Of a stretch of DNA of 24,000 bases, positions 16,139 through 24,000 are shown one piece after another. Within the stretch, counting starts at the first letter, position 1; every line of letters begins with the position of its first letter. The stretch lies in assembly GCA_002898395.1 (NCBI GenBank), contig BEHE01000002.1, positions 77,544-101,543 on the forward strand, written 5' to 3'. The notes beneath the pieces were generated by a model that worked only from the letters and a program-made list of their open reading frames with translations, was not told where the DNA came from and ran no database searches. The stretch is from Candidatus Calditenuaceae archaeon HR02 (GTDB lineage: Archaea > Thermoproteota > Nitrososphaeria_A > Caldarchaeales > Calditenuaceae). Position numbers and translations under genes: made by a program.

Positions 16139-17143
16139 GTGGCGAAGCTTAGAGGTCGCGGCATTGCCGCAATTTGCTATCCAACAGGTATGAATCTAGG
16201 TGGAGACCCCAGCCAGACAGTTATAATAGCTCAGCCTGACGGAACTTTCGTGGTAAATGTGGCTAGTGTTGAACTAGGTCAAGGTTTGAGGACTGTGCTA
16301 GCGCAGATCGCGGCTGAGGCTATAGGTGCCTCCATTGAAGACATTGAGGTTAGATTTGGGGACACACAATTGGCACCACATGATACAGGCACATTTGCGA
16401 GTAGAACAACCCACAGGATGGGGAACGCGATCATAAAGGCTGGACAGGAAGTAAGGCAGATACTGTTAGATGTAGCATCTAAGATACTGGAGGTCTCCCC
16501 CCAAGACCTAGAGATTAGGAATGGGAAGATATGGGTTAGAGGTGTTCCTGATAAGTTTATATCGGTAAGGGAGGTAGCTAGCCAGGCACAGTTCGTCTAC
16601 AACATTCCAGTGGTAGGAAAGGGTCACTACGTCAAGCCCAAAAGCATTGTAGACCCTGAAACTGGTGAGTCTGACCCACATTCAACAATGGCGCACGGCT
16701 GTGTGGTAGCCGATGTAGAGGTCGACACTGAGACTGGTGAGGTAACCGTTCTCCGGCTATTTACAGTCTACGAGGTTGGCAGGGCAGTTAATCCAAAACT
16801 CGTCGAGGGCCAGATAATAGGCGGCGCGGTGATGGGTCTTGGAGCTGCATTGAGAGAGACAGTCTATCCCCGCTACCCACAGATAATACACCAAACCACG
16901 AGTTTTCGCGAATACGTCTTACCTACAGCGGGCGACGTTCCAAAGATTATCTACAAGATAGTTGAGTCACCCACACCGACAGGACCATACGGTGCTAAAG
17001 GTGTCGGCGAGATGGTAGCAAACGGCATAGCACCCGCGATAGTTAATGCGGTTTACGATGCAATTGGTGTACAGATAACCGAGCTACCTATAACCCCTGA
17101 GAAAGTGTTAAAGGCCTTAAGTGAAAAGGGGAAATCAAAATGA
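16139..17143 (+). CDS. Molybdenum hydroxylase, large (molybdopterin) subunit, C-terminal part
   Basis: 334 aa, GTG start 6 nt after the upstream TGA and in the same frame. VELGQGLRTVLAQIAAEAIG, THRMGNAIIKAG, GAKGVGEMVANGIAPAIVNAVYDAIGV (conserved Glu region). Confidence 0.93.
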   Translation: MAKLRGRGIAAICYPTGMNLGGDPSQTVIIAQPDGTFVVNVASVELGQGLRTVLAQIAAEAIGASIEDIEVRFGDTQLAPHDTGTFASRTTHRMGNAIIKAGQEVRQILLDVASKILEVSPQDLEIRNGKIWVRGVPDKFISVREVASQAQFVYNIPVVGKGHYVKPKSIVDPETGESDPHSTMAHGCVVADVEVDTETGEVTVLRLFTVYEVGRAVNPKLVEGQIIGGAVMGLGAALRETVYPRYPQIIHQTTSFREYVLPTAGDVPKIIYKIVESPTPTGPYGAKGVGEMVANGIAPAIVNAVYDAIGVQITELPITPEKVLKALSEKGKSK

Positions 17144-17162
17144 AGAGCTTCAAATATAACGC

Positions 17163-17170
17163 TTATATAT
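17163..17170 (+). promoter_or_regulatory. TATA box of the MBL-fold hydrolase gene
   Basis: TTATATAT centred about 28 nt upstream of ATG 17195, fitting a leaderless transcript. Confidence 0.5.
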
Positions 17171-17194
17171 CATCTCCATATTTTCTACCTCGCC

Positions 17195-18007
17195 ATGCCA
17201 GAAATTAAGATACAGTATATCGGACACGCATCTTTTTATATTGAATGGAAAGATGAGAAGATCTATCTCGACCCTTGGCTGAAGTCTCCTGGAATCGCGG
17301 GTGGGTGGACCAACCCTGTGAGCCCTGTTGCTCTTGATGATGTAAAAGAGGCCACTGTGGTTCTCGTGACACACGGCCACATAGACCATATTGGACACGC
17401 TATCGAGATCGTGAAGAAGACCGGTGCATGCCTGATATGTAGCCCAGAGGTTGGAATGTATGCAGACATACACGGAATACCCTACGACTCTGATCCAGAC
17501 CCAAAGGCAGGGCGGAATTACTGGATGTATCCGCTTAACGTGGGAGGAAGCTGCAACATCAGGGGAGTCACATACACGATGGTCCCTGCATTCCACTCAA
17601 GCAGCATCATGCACTACGACTATGTAAAAAACAAGACTAGGTATCCGGACGGCGCGGTAGGGTATGTGATATCTTTCCCTGACGGGCCTGTGATCTATGC
17701 CTCGGGAGACACGGGCGTCTCTATGGAGATGCACATGATTCAAGAGCTATACGGTCCCGAAATATGCATAATGACAGCGGGGGGCCAGTATAATATGGGC
17801 GTTAGGGAGTTCGCGTATGCGTGCAAGATATTGAAGCCTAAGATAGCCATACCCTGCCACTACGATACTTTCCCGCGGCAGAGACTAGATAAAGAGAAAC
17901 TAAGACAGGCTGTATCTGTCATGTCACCATCTACAAATCTTGTTTTTCTTAATCCAGGCGAGAGTTTAAGATATGTAACGGAATCGACCTGGTTTGTGGA
18001 GAGGTGA
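17195..18007 (+). CDS. Metallo-beta-lactamase-fold metal-dependent hydrolase (UPF0173/UlaG-like)
   Basis: 270 aa. VTHGHIDHIGH motif, ASGDTGVSMEM, MTAGGQYNMG, and IPCHYDTFPRQ. Confidence 0.88.
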   Translation: MPEIKIQYIGHASFYIEWKDEKIYLDPWLKSPGIAGGWTNPVSPVALDDVKEATVVLVTHGHIDHIGHAIEIVKKTGACLICSPEVGMYADIHGIPYDSDPDPKAGRNYWMYPLNVGGSCNIRGVTYTMVPAFHSSSIMHYDYVKNKTRYPDGAVGYVISFPDGPVIYASGDTGVSMEMHMIQELYGPEICIMTAGGQYNMGVREFAYACKILKPKIAIPCHYDTFPRQRLDKEKLRQAVSVMSPSTNLVFLNPGESLRYVTESTWFVER

Positions 18008-18414
18008 TCTTGGTGGATCTGGACCTGCTCTATGAGTTGGAAGCTAAGGTCATTAGGACTGTTGAGATTGGTGGCGGAGCTACAGGGGGTAGAACCGACT
18101 TCTACATGCAAGGGAAGGTCTCGGGGAAAATAAATGGCTCGTATGAAGGAGTAGACTACGGATCAACGGTTAAGACGGAACGTGGTGACGCTGTCTATGT
18201 CCATGTACACGAGACAATAAAGACAGATAAGGGGATAATCTCGGCATTTAGGCGTGGATATGCCATCCCCTCTGGCCAGGGGTATAATGTGAGAGCGTTT
18301 GTTCTTTTCCAGACAGGGGTGCCTGAGCTCAGATATCTGAACTGGACTTTGGGTTTGGCTGAGGGCGTAGCTGGCCCTGATGGTCTTAAACTCAAGATAT
18401 ATGCAGTTAGGTAG
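18004..18414 (+). CDS. Small beta-rich protein, probably DUF3237 family
   Basis: 136 aa, GTGA overlap with the upstream gene. DLLYELEAKVIRTVEIGGGATGGRTDFYMQGKVSGKINGSYEGVDYGSTVKTERGDAVYVHVHETIKTDKG resembles the DUF3237 pattern. Confidence 0.6.
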   Translation: MILVDLDLLYELEAKVIRTVEIGGGATGGRTDFYMQGKVSGKINGSYEGVDYGSTVKTERGDAVYVHVHETIKTDKGIISAFRRGYAIPSGQGYNVRAFVLFQTGVPELRYLNWTLGLAEGVAGPDGLKLKIYAVR

Positions 18415-18970
18415 AGAAGGTTCTTTTTCTTCTAAGCCCCTCAAATGTTATTTTCCTTAATCGTTTACCTTCTAGGATGACTATCGAAGAGCGGAAGGAC
18501 AGGCCATACTCTCGAGCAGCCCTTAAAGGCCCGTATTCACCTAACTTGTAGCCATAGTTAATCAAGGCATCATATGCTTTGCGCTTAAAGCCGCGGAGGT
18601 AAGGGCCTATGACTTTTAACAGTATCACAGCCCTCAGCCCTAAGACGTAAATTACTATCCACGACCCCCTCCTTAACACCCATGCATCACCAACCTGCCT
18701 GACAACAAAAGAAGCTGTATCCTCATCACAGCGCATCGTGGCAAACGGAGTATAGAGCATCGGGCTTTCTGAGACCTGTAAGTATCCTAACTCGCCTGAA
18801 GCTTGGAGTAGCCCTGCTATGAAGCTACTCACCACGGGGCTTAGAAGCTGTCTATTAGGCGGCTTCCTCTCAAGCTCGCAAAGCACAGTTGAAAAATCGT
18901 CAACGACCCAATCCTTCCCTGGCTCACAAAACACACGCCACCAAGGCGGGACAAGACCTGGCGCAACCAT
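18407..18970 (-). CDS. Hypothetical protein with a degenerate LAGLIDADG-like motif
   Basis: 187 aa. SSFIAGLLQASGELGYLQV then WIVIYVLGLRAVILLKVIGPYLRGFKRKAYDALINYG, resembling the repeat unit of LAGLIDADG proteins. Starts 1 nt after the stop of the upstream ABC ATPase gene. Confidence 0.4.
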   Translation of the reverse strand: MVAPGLVPPWWRVFCEPGKDWVVDDFSTVLCELERKPPNRQLLSPVVSSFIAGLLQASGELGYLQVSESPMLYTPFATMRCDEDTASFVVRQVGDAWVLRRGSWIVIYVLGLRAVILLKVIGPYLRGFKRKAYDALINYGYKLGEYGPLRAAREYGLSFRSSIVILEGKRLRKITFEGLRRKRTFST

Positions 18971-18971
18971 C

Positions 18972-20066
18972 CTAAATAATTACCATCTCAGTCTCAGCGT
19001 CTATTACATGAATATGTTCCTTATTGAAAACAGCATAAACCTGCATACCCTCTCTAACATTTAGACCCGCATCACAGAGACATTTAAATGACGCTGAGCC
19101 ACTCTTTAACTCTACAAGAAGCACCGTGCCGAGCGACTCTATATAATTTACATAGCATGGGATCGAGTCGCTCACCGGTGCAGTTGAGATGCTAATGTCA
19201 TGAGGCCTCACACCTAGCTGGATATTTTCTAGCTTGTCTTGCCGTGACTGTAACGCGAATTTAGCCGCCTCTCCTAATTCTATATGCGAGTCACCCACAG
19301 AAGCGTAGAGCTTACTCTCCACTAGCTTAAGCTTTGTATCGATGAAGTTGATGGTGGGCGAGCCTATGAAATAGGCGACAAACTTGTTGACTGGGTGGTA
19401 GTAGATCTCGTCGGGAGACCCCACCTGCTGGAGTCGTCCGTCACGAAGTATACCGATCCTATCCGCTATAGCCATGGCCTCCAACTGGTCGTGAGTGACG
19501 TAGATAAAGGTGCCTCCGACCTCCCTGTGTATGCGCTGGAACTCTGATCTAAGTGACTCTCTTAGCTTAGTGTCAAGGTTGCTGAGGGGTTCATCGAATA
19601 TGAATACCCGCGCATTTCTCACTATAGCTTTAGCTATAGACACGCGTTGCAGTATTCCAAAGTCAATCTCATGGTGCCTCTTATTTAGATGCTCTTCTAT
19701 GCGGAGAAGCGAGGCAGCCCACCTAACCCTCTCACGCTCGTCCTGCTTGCTCTTGACCTCGCGCCTGATGGCTAGGGCTATGTTGTCGTATACGTTTAGG
19801 CTTGGGTATATTGAAGGGAACTGGAAAACCATCGCTATATTCCTCTCAGACGGTGATAAATCAGTGACATCTTCGTCGTCAAAGAATACCGAGCCACTCG
19901 TAGGGGTCTCCAGGCCAGCTATTATCCTCATCAGGGTTGTCTTACCCGACCCGCTAGGTCCCAGAAGACAGAAGAATAATCCGTGGTCTACCGTTACCGA
20001 AACATTGTCCAATGCTTTTAAAGTCTTGAAAATCTTTGTTATATTCTCAGCGCGTACCTTCACCAA
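18972..20066 (-). CDS. ABC importer ATP-binding protein (MalK/UgpC-like, degenerate signature motif)
   Basis: The ORF extends to 20150; the probable start is TTG 20066 or GTG 20063. Walker A GPSGSGKTT, Q-loop VFQFPSIYPSL, signature position reads DFGILQR, Walker B VFIFDEPLSNLD, H-loop YVTHDQLEA, C-terminal TOBE-like region. Confidence 0.92.
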   Translation of the reverse strand: MVKVRAENITKIFKTLKALDNVSVTVDHGLFFCLLGPSGSGKTTLMRIIAGLETPTSGSVFFDDEDVTDLSPSERNIAMVFQFPSIYPSLNVYDNIALAIRREVKSKQDERERVRWAASLLRIEEHLNKRHHEIDFGILQRVSIAKAIVRNARVFIFDEPLSNLDTKLRESLRSEFQRIHREVGGTFIYVTHDQLEAMAIADRIGILRDGRLQQVGSPDEIYYHPVNKFVAYFIGSPTINFIDTKLKLVESKLYASVGDSHIELGEAAKFALQSRQDKLENIQLGVRPHDISISTAPVSDSIPCYVNYIESLGTVLLVELKSGSASFKCLCDAGLNVREGMQVYAVFNKEHIHVIDAETEMVII

Positions 20067-20071
20067 GTCTC

Positions 20072-20344
20072 CTACACCACCAGGAGGGGTACAAGATAAA
20101 TTGATAGCATGACAAAGAATACAACAACGCCCACGAGCGTCACAAGCCATCTTATCATTGTTTTTGGACCTACATCGCCACCTGGATTGTTCGGCAAGTA
20201 CGTGGAGTAGACATATGTAAAGCCCCCAACCCCTAGCAGGATAAAACCATAATATAGTAGCTGGCTGCTAAAAGGCTGGAATACAAGTGCGAGACCGATG
20301 AATGATAGGGTAAGCCCAACTTTTTCTAGCAAATTCTTCTTCAT
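20072..20344 (-). CDS. Small integral membrane protein inside the ABC importer operon
   Basis: 90 aa with 2-3 hydrophobic segments (VGLTLSFIGLALVF, LLYYGFILLGVGGFTYVY, WLVTLVGVVVFFVMLSIYLVPLLVV). Packed between two ATPase genes. Confidence 0.7.
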   Translation of the reverse strand: MKKNLLEKVGLTLSFIGLALVFQPFSSQLLYYGFILLGVGGFTYVYSTYLPNNPGGDVGPKTMIRWLVTLVGVVVFFVMLSIYLVPLLVV

Positions 20345-21433
20345 TTAATACATCGCCTCCCCACTTGCTACGTCAAAAAGAATGACCCTATCACCTGGAA
20401 TATTTATCGTCACTTCATCACCATATCTATACGGCCTCATGCCCTTAGATACTGCTTTCAACTCGACATCGCCGAGACTAAGGGTAACTATTGTTTCATA
20501 GCCCAGCCTCTCTGCAGCCAGAATCTTTGCTTTGAATGAATTGCTGTTCTTAGGCGCCTCTAAGACTATGTCTTGTGGTCTGATGGCAAGCTCCACTTCA
20601 GAGCCGTCAGAAAGCTTAGAGGAAGCGCCTATATTGCCCAACTGGATTTTCAGACTGGTTGTTGAAAACTCCCAGCCATGAGCCTGCCGCCTAACGATCC
20701 CCCGCATAATGTTTATAGTGGGGCTCCCTATGAAAGTCGCCACAAACCGGTTTTTCGGCCTCCTCATCAAATTTATGGGTGTATCGTACTGCAATATCAC
20801 GCCATCCTTTATTACTGCGACCTTCTCAGCAACTGCAAAAGCCTCTAAGAAGTCTGGGGTGGCGTAGATGATCGTCTGTTTCAACTCCCTATGCAGTCTC
20901 TTGAACTCCGTCCTCATCTCTTCCCTAAGCTTGGCATCTAGATTCGAGATAGGCTCGTCCAGGAGAAAGACCCTCGGATTCCTAACCAGTGTGCGCGCAA
21001 GTGCTACACGCTGCATCTCGCCACCACTAAGTGTGGATGGATCTTTTCTGTCTAGGAGATGTGCTATTCTTAGCTTCTCAGCTACGGCTTTTACCGACTT
21101 GTCAATATCTTCCCTGCCCCATTTACGCTCCTTTAACGGGTAGGCGATGTTGTCGTAGACACTCATATGTGGATAGAGCGCGTAAGTTTGGAAGAACATG
21201 GCTACATCTCGTCTCCAAGGTGGAGTTCCTAACACACTCTGTCCATCGAAGAGTATATCACCAGCGTCGGGCTCTTCAACACCGGCGATGCATTTAAGGA
21301 GAGTTGTCTTTCCCGCACCTGTCGGTCCTAAGAGCGCTACAAGGGCGCCGGACTCAACCTCTAGGTTAATACCTTTCAGTGCTTGAACAGGTCCAAAAGA
21401 CTTCTTTAGGCCGCGTATCTCGACCCGCGTCAA
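20345..21433 (-). CDS. ABC importer ATP-binding protein (MalK/UgpC-like, H-loop His replaced)
   Basis: 362 aa. Walker A GPTGAGKTT, signature LSGGEMQR, Walker B VFLLDEPISNLD; the H-loop position reads YATPDFLEA instead of Y.THD..EA. Confidence 0.93.
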   Translation of the reverse strand: MTRVEIRGLKKSFGPVQALKGINLEVESGALVALLGPTGAGKTTLLKCIAGVEEPDAGDILFDGQSVLGTPPWRRDVAMFFQTYALYPHMSVYDNIAYPLKERKWGREDIDKSVKAVAEKLRIAHLLDRKDPSTLSGGEMQRVALARTLVRNPRVFLLDEPISNLDAKLREEMRTEFKRLHRELKQTIIYATPDFLEAFAVAEKVAVIKDGVILQYDTPINLMRRPKNRFVATFIGSPTINIMRGIVRRQAHGWEFSTTSLKIQLGNIGASSKLSDGSEVELAIRPQDIVLEAPKNSNSFKAKILAAERLGYETIVTLSLGDVELKAVSKGMRPYRYGDEVTINIPGDRVILFDVASGEAMY

Positions 21434-22339
21434 CTATTTTGCACCCCTCACTGTACCGAAGGTCATCCCCCTCAGCAAGAAGCGCTGGAGAACGAAGATA
21501 AGAACGAGAGCAGGCAGAATGTAGAGTGTCTCTATAGCTGCGATAAGGCCCCAGTTGATGCCGACCTCACCCCTCGTCCCCGCGATCATAACAGGTACCG
21601 TCCTAGTAGCCCTCTCCGTCAGCAGCAATGCGAAAAGAAATTCGTTCCAGACATTAATTATTAGGAAACCTATTGTGGCCCCTAGGCCCACCAACACCTG
21701 CGGAAGGGCGATCTTGTAAAAGACTTTGACCGGGTTCGAGCCATCGACTAACGCGGCCTGCTCGATATCTCTAGGCACCTCATCAAAGAAGCTCTTCATC
21801 ATCCATACAGCGAATGGTAGGTTGAACATCGTGTAGAGCAGGATAAGTCCAATATATGTGTTGTAGAGGCCTAGGCTCCGATAAAAGAAGTAAATTGGAA
21901 TGGCGACCACGATGGCTGGCAGCATCCTTGTAGAAAGGATGAAGAACATTAAAGTGTTGGTTCCTGCAGGCTTGTATCTTGAGAAGCTGTATGCGGCTAG
22001 AACCCCTATCACTGTAGCGATGGCTATACTGGAGAATGTCACTACGAAGCTATTGTAGAAGAAGGTCTCAGCACCTGTAGCCAACTCTAACTCCTGCCCG
22101 GTTATTGCCTCGATCTCTGTCTGCCTCTTCAGGAAAATGTCTATAAAGTTTCGGAATGTTGGCTCCCAGACAAAGAGTGGGGGTGTACTGAAGGCCTGTG
22201 CCCTTGTCTTTAGCGAGGTTGCTACGAGCCAGTAAATAGGGAAGATGAAGAAGATGACCGCGATAATCGCCGATATGTATATGAGAACTGTTCTCACGAT
22301 CTTACGCCTGCCACGCCTGTTATTTCTTGAATTTGCCAT
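21434..22339 (-). CDS. ABC importer permease (MalG/UgpE-like)
   Basis: 301 aa. FFIFPIYWLVATSLKTRAQAF, EAA loop SFFDEVPRDIEQAALVDGSNPVKVFYKIALPQ. Confidence 0.92.
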   Translation of the reverse strand: MANSRNNRRGRRKIVRTVLIYISAIIAVIFFIFPIYWLVATSLKTRAQAFSTPPLFVWEPTFRNFIDIFLKRQTEIEAITGQELELATGAETFFYNSFVVTFSSIAIATVIGVLAAYSFSRYKPAGTNTLMFFILSTRMLPAIVVAIPIYFFYRSLGLYNTYIGLILLYTMFNLPFAVWMMKSFFDEVPRDIEQAALVDGSNPVKVFYKIALPQVLVGLGATIGFLIINVWNEFLFALLLTERATRTVPVMIAGTRGEVGINWGLIAAIETLYILPALVLIFVLQRFLLRGMTFGTVRGAK

Positions 22340-22341
22340 CT

Positions 22342-23220
22342 CTACTCCCTCCTCGCTAACCTGAGATAGATGTTCGTCAAAAGCACTATAATTACTAAGA
22401 ATATAAATGCTAGCGCGGTAGCCTCACCAGTCCTGAAAAACTGGAAGGCGATGCGGTAAATCTGTATTGACAACACCTCAGTGGCGGTTCCAGGCCCTCC
22501 CCCCGTTAGCGTGAAAATTGTGTCAAAGGTCCTGAAGGCGTCCATCGTCCTAAAAAGAAGGGCAAGTGCTACCAGTGGTCTAATGGTGGGCCAGACAACG
22601 TACCTAAACTTTGTAAACATTGACAATCGGTCAATCTCGGATGACTCCAACATGTGTTTCGGAATAGCCTCGAGGCCTGCCAATATGAAGAGCATCATGA
22701 ACGGAGACCACTGCCAGACATCCATGAATATAATTGCGAACATTGGATGTTGGGAGAGTATCTTGACTGACTGTCCTGTTATCAGCTGCGCAAAATAGCT
22801 GTAGACACCAAAGGTCGCGTCAAAGAGGTATCGGTGGAAGATGCCTACTGCCACCGGGGCGACGAGAAGGGGAGTTGTTACAAGGGTTATTGCTAGCCGC
22901 CTACCACTGAACTGGTTATAGAATAGCAGAGCAAGCCCAAATCCAATTAAGAATTCAATACTTACCGCATAGAAGACGAATTGCCCGGTCAAAACGAATC
23001 TCCTCCACACGTCTAGACTATTCAAGAGCCTGTAATAATTCTCAACCCCGACAAAAACAGGTGCCTCCCCGCGAATAACGTTATATGAGTAGAAGCTAAG
23101 GCCGAGAGCCCAGATGAGCGGGAAGATTACAAGGAATGTGACGAGAGCGACTGCAGGTAGTATGAGGAGGACGGAGAAAATCCTAATTAGCCGACTACCA
23201 GTAGTGGCTTGTAAAGTCAT
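22342..23220 (-). CDS. ABC importer permease (MalF/UgpA-like)
   Basis: 292 aa. PALALGLSFYSY-like N-terminal region, VGVENYYRLLNSLDVW, EAA-like loop LEAIPKHMLESSEIDRLSMFTKFRYVVWPTIRP. Confidence 0.9.
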   Translation of the reverse strand: MTLQATTGSRLIRIFSVLLILPAVALVTFLVIFPLIWALGLSFYSYNVIRGEAPVFVGVENYYRLLNSLDVWRRFVLTGQFVFYAVSIEFLIGFGLALLFYNQFSGRRLAITLVTTPLLVAPVAVGIFHRYLFDATFGVYSYFAQLITGQSVKILSQHPMFAIIFMDVWQWSPFMMLFILAGLEAIPKHMLESSEIDRLSMFTKFRYVVWPTIRPLVALALLFRTMDAFRTFDTIFTLTGGGPGTATEVLSIQIYRIAFQFFRTGEATALAFIFLVIIVLLTNIYLRLARRE

Positions 23221-23264
23221 ACAAAAACACTTTACTGACCGTGTATTTGAATTTATTTTGGGCT

Positions 23265-24000
23265 TTAGCCGATAGGCAGGCCTCGTCTTATAAGCTGTGC
23301 TACATTCTTCGCAGGTTTTCCATATTTCTCAAATGCTGCGGGATAGTTCTCCCTTTCAATTATCTCCTTGTGCCGCCGCGCCATGTTATCTAGTGCGGTT
23401 TGAGGAGTGATATTGCCCGCTAGTGCTGCATGTATCTCTTCTTGTACGACAGTCAGCATCTCGAAGAAGAATGGAACGTTCCAGAAGTCGACTTGGAATG
23501 CTATAGAGTCGGCATAGGCCCGGTTGTATGGTGTTAGGTTCCTAAACCACTCGGTCTGGACGATGTCCCTGATACATACTCCGCCACCACCTTCAGCCCA
23601 TCTACGCTGATTCTGGGGCTGGAACCAGAATTTTATGAAGGCAAGCGCCTCCTCTGCATAGTCGCTGTAGGCGTTTATACACATCGGCTGTCCCCCGATT
23701 CCGCTATACCTCCTGAATATACCATCATCTCCTTTGTGCCCAGGCGGAGGCACAACCCTTATCACGTTGTATACCTTGGATGCCGCAGGGTCGAAGAGCT
23801 CGGAAGGAAGCCGGCCCAGTTATAGATCATGGCTACTCTTCCAGCCTGCATTACGGCATTGGCCTCGTCAAACCATATTTCAAGGGCGTTCGGTGGGGCA
23901 TAGGGGACTAGCGAGACATAGAACTCGAGGGCCTGCCGCGCCCTCGGGCTATTGATCCATCCATCAACTTCTCCCGTCTCAGGGTCCCACCAATACTCTC
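23265..24000 (-). CDS. ABC importer extracellular substrate-binding protein, truncated by window edge, with an apparent frameshift near 23800-23822
   Basis: The upstream frame reads EYWWDPETGEVDGWINSPRARQALEFYVSLVPYAPPNALEIWFDEANAVMQAGRVAMIYNWAGF. The downstream frame reads RLPSELFDPAASKVYNVIRVVPPPGHKGDDGIFRRYSGIGGQPMCINAYSDYAEEALAFIKFWFQPQNQRRWAEGG. Confidence 0.85.

Noticed and set aside
16130-16141. Selenocysteine (UGA) readthrough joining the two parts of the Mo-hydroxylase large subunit
   Set aside because: No supporting SECIS evidence, an expected GTG restart with SD-like GGTGA is present, and split large subunits are known. I cannot exclude sequencing error, but Sec is the least likely explanation.
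13457-17143. Annotation as aerobic CO dehydrogenase coxMSL
   Set aside because: The diagnostic CoxL loop VAYRCSFR is not present in the large subunit; only superfamily membership is supported.
17150-17596. 148-aa ORF on the minus strand
   Set aside because: It lies antisense within the well-supported MBL-fold hydrolase gene and has no recognisable protein features.
1-24000. CRISPR array, toxin-antitoxin, restriction-modification or prophage genes
   Set aside because: No regularly spaced repeat series and no Cas, methylase, capsid or toxin motifs were recognised in the supplied frames.

Overview
This is a dense archaeal window, most likely from a thermophilic Thermoproteota-like lineage. Contents from left to right: the C-terminal part of ribosomal protein S13; a two-gene split cobalamin-independent methionine synthase pair (minus); a DHH/RecJ-like nuclease, Pcc1 and S3Ae cluster; a small conserved archaeal protein; a WtpABC/ModABC-type tungstate/molybdate ABC transporter (minus), divergent from a ModE-like HTH-TOBE regulator; an A-type ATP synthase F-E-A gene block (minus); a tRNA-Ala(UGC) with a 30-nt BHB intron in the D-arm; a complete IS6-like insertion sequence; a degenerate IS5-like element with 18-bp terminal inverted repeats; a four-gene molybdenum hydroxylase (FAD, 2Fe-2S, and a large subunit split in two); an MBL-fold hydrolase plus a DUF3237-like protein; a small protein with a degenerate LAGLIDADG-like motif; and a binding-protein-dependent ABC importer (minus) with two ATPases that carry complementary degenerate motifs. 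I see no CRISPR array and no convincing new defence system. The best leads are the asymmetric ATPase pair in the GlpSTPQUV-like importer, the palindromic TATA box placed exactly midway between two putative leaderless starts, the split Mo-hydroxylase large subunit, the D-arm tRNA intron, and the catalytically degenerate LAGLIDADG-like protein coupled to the transporter operon.
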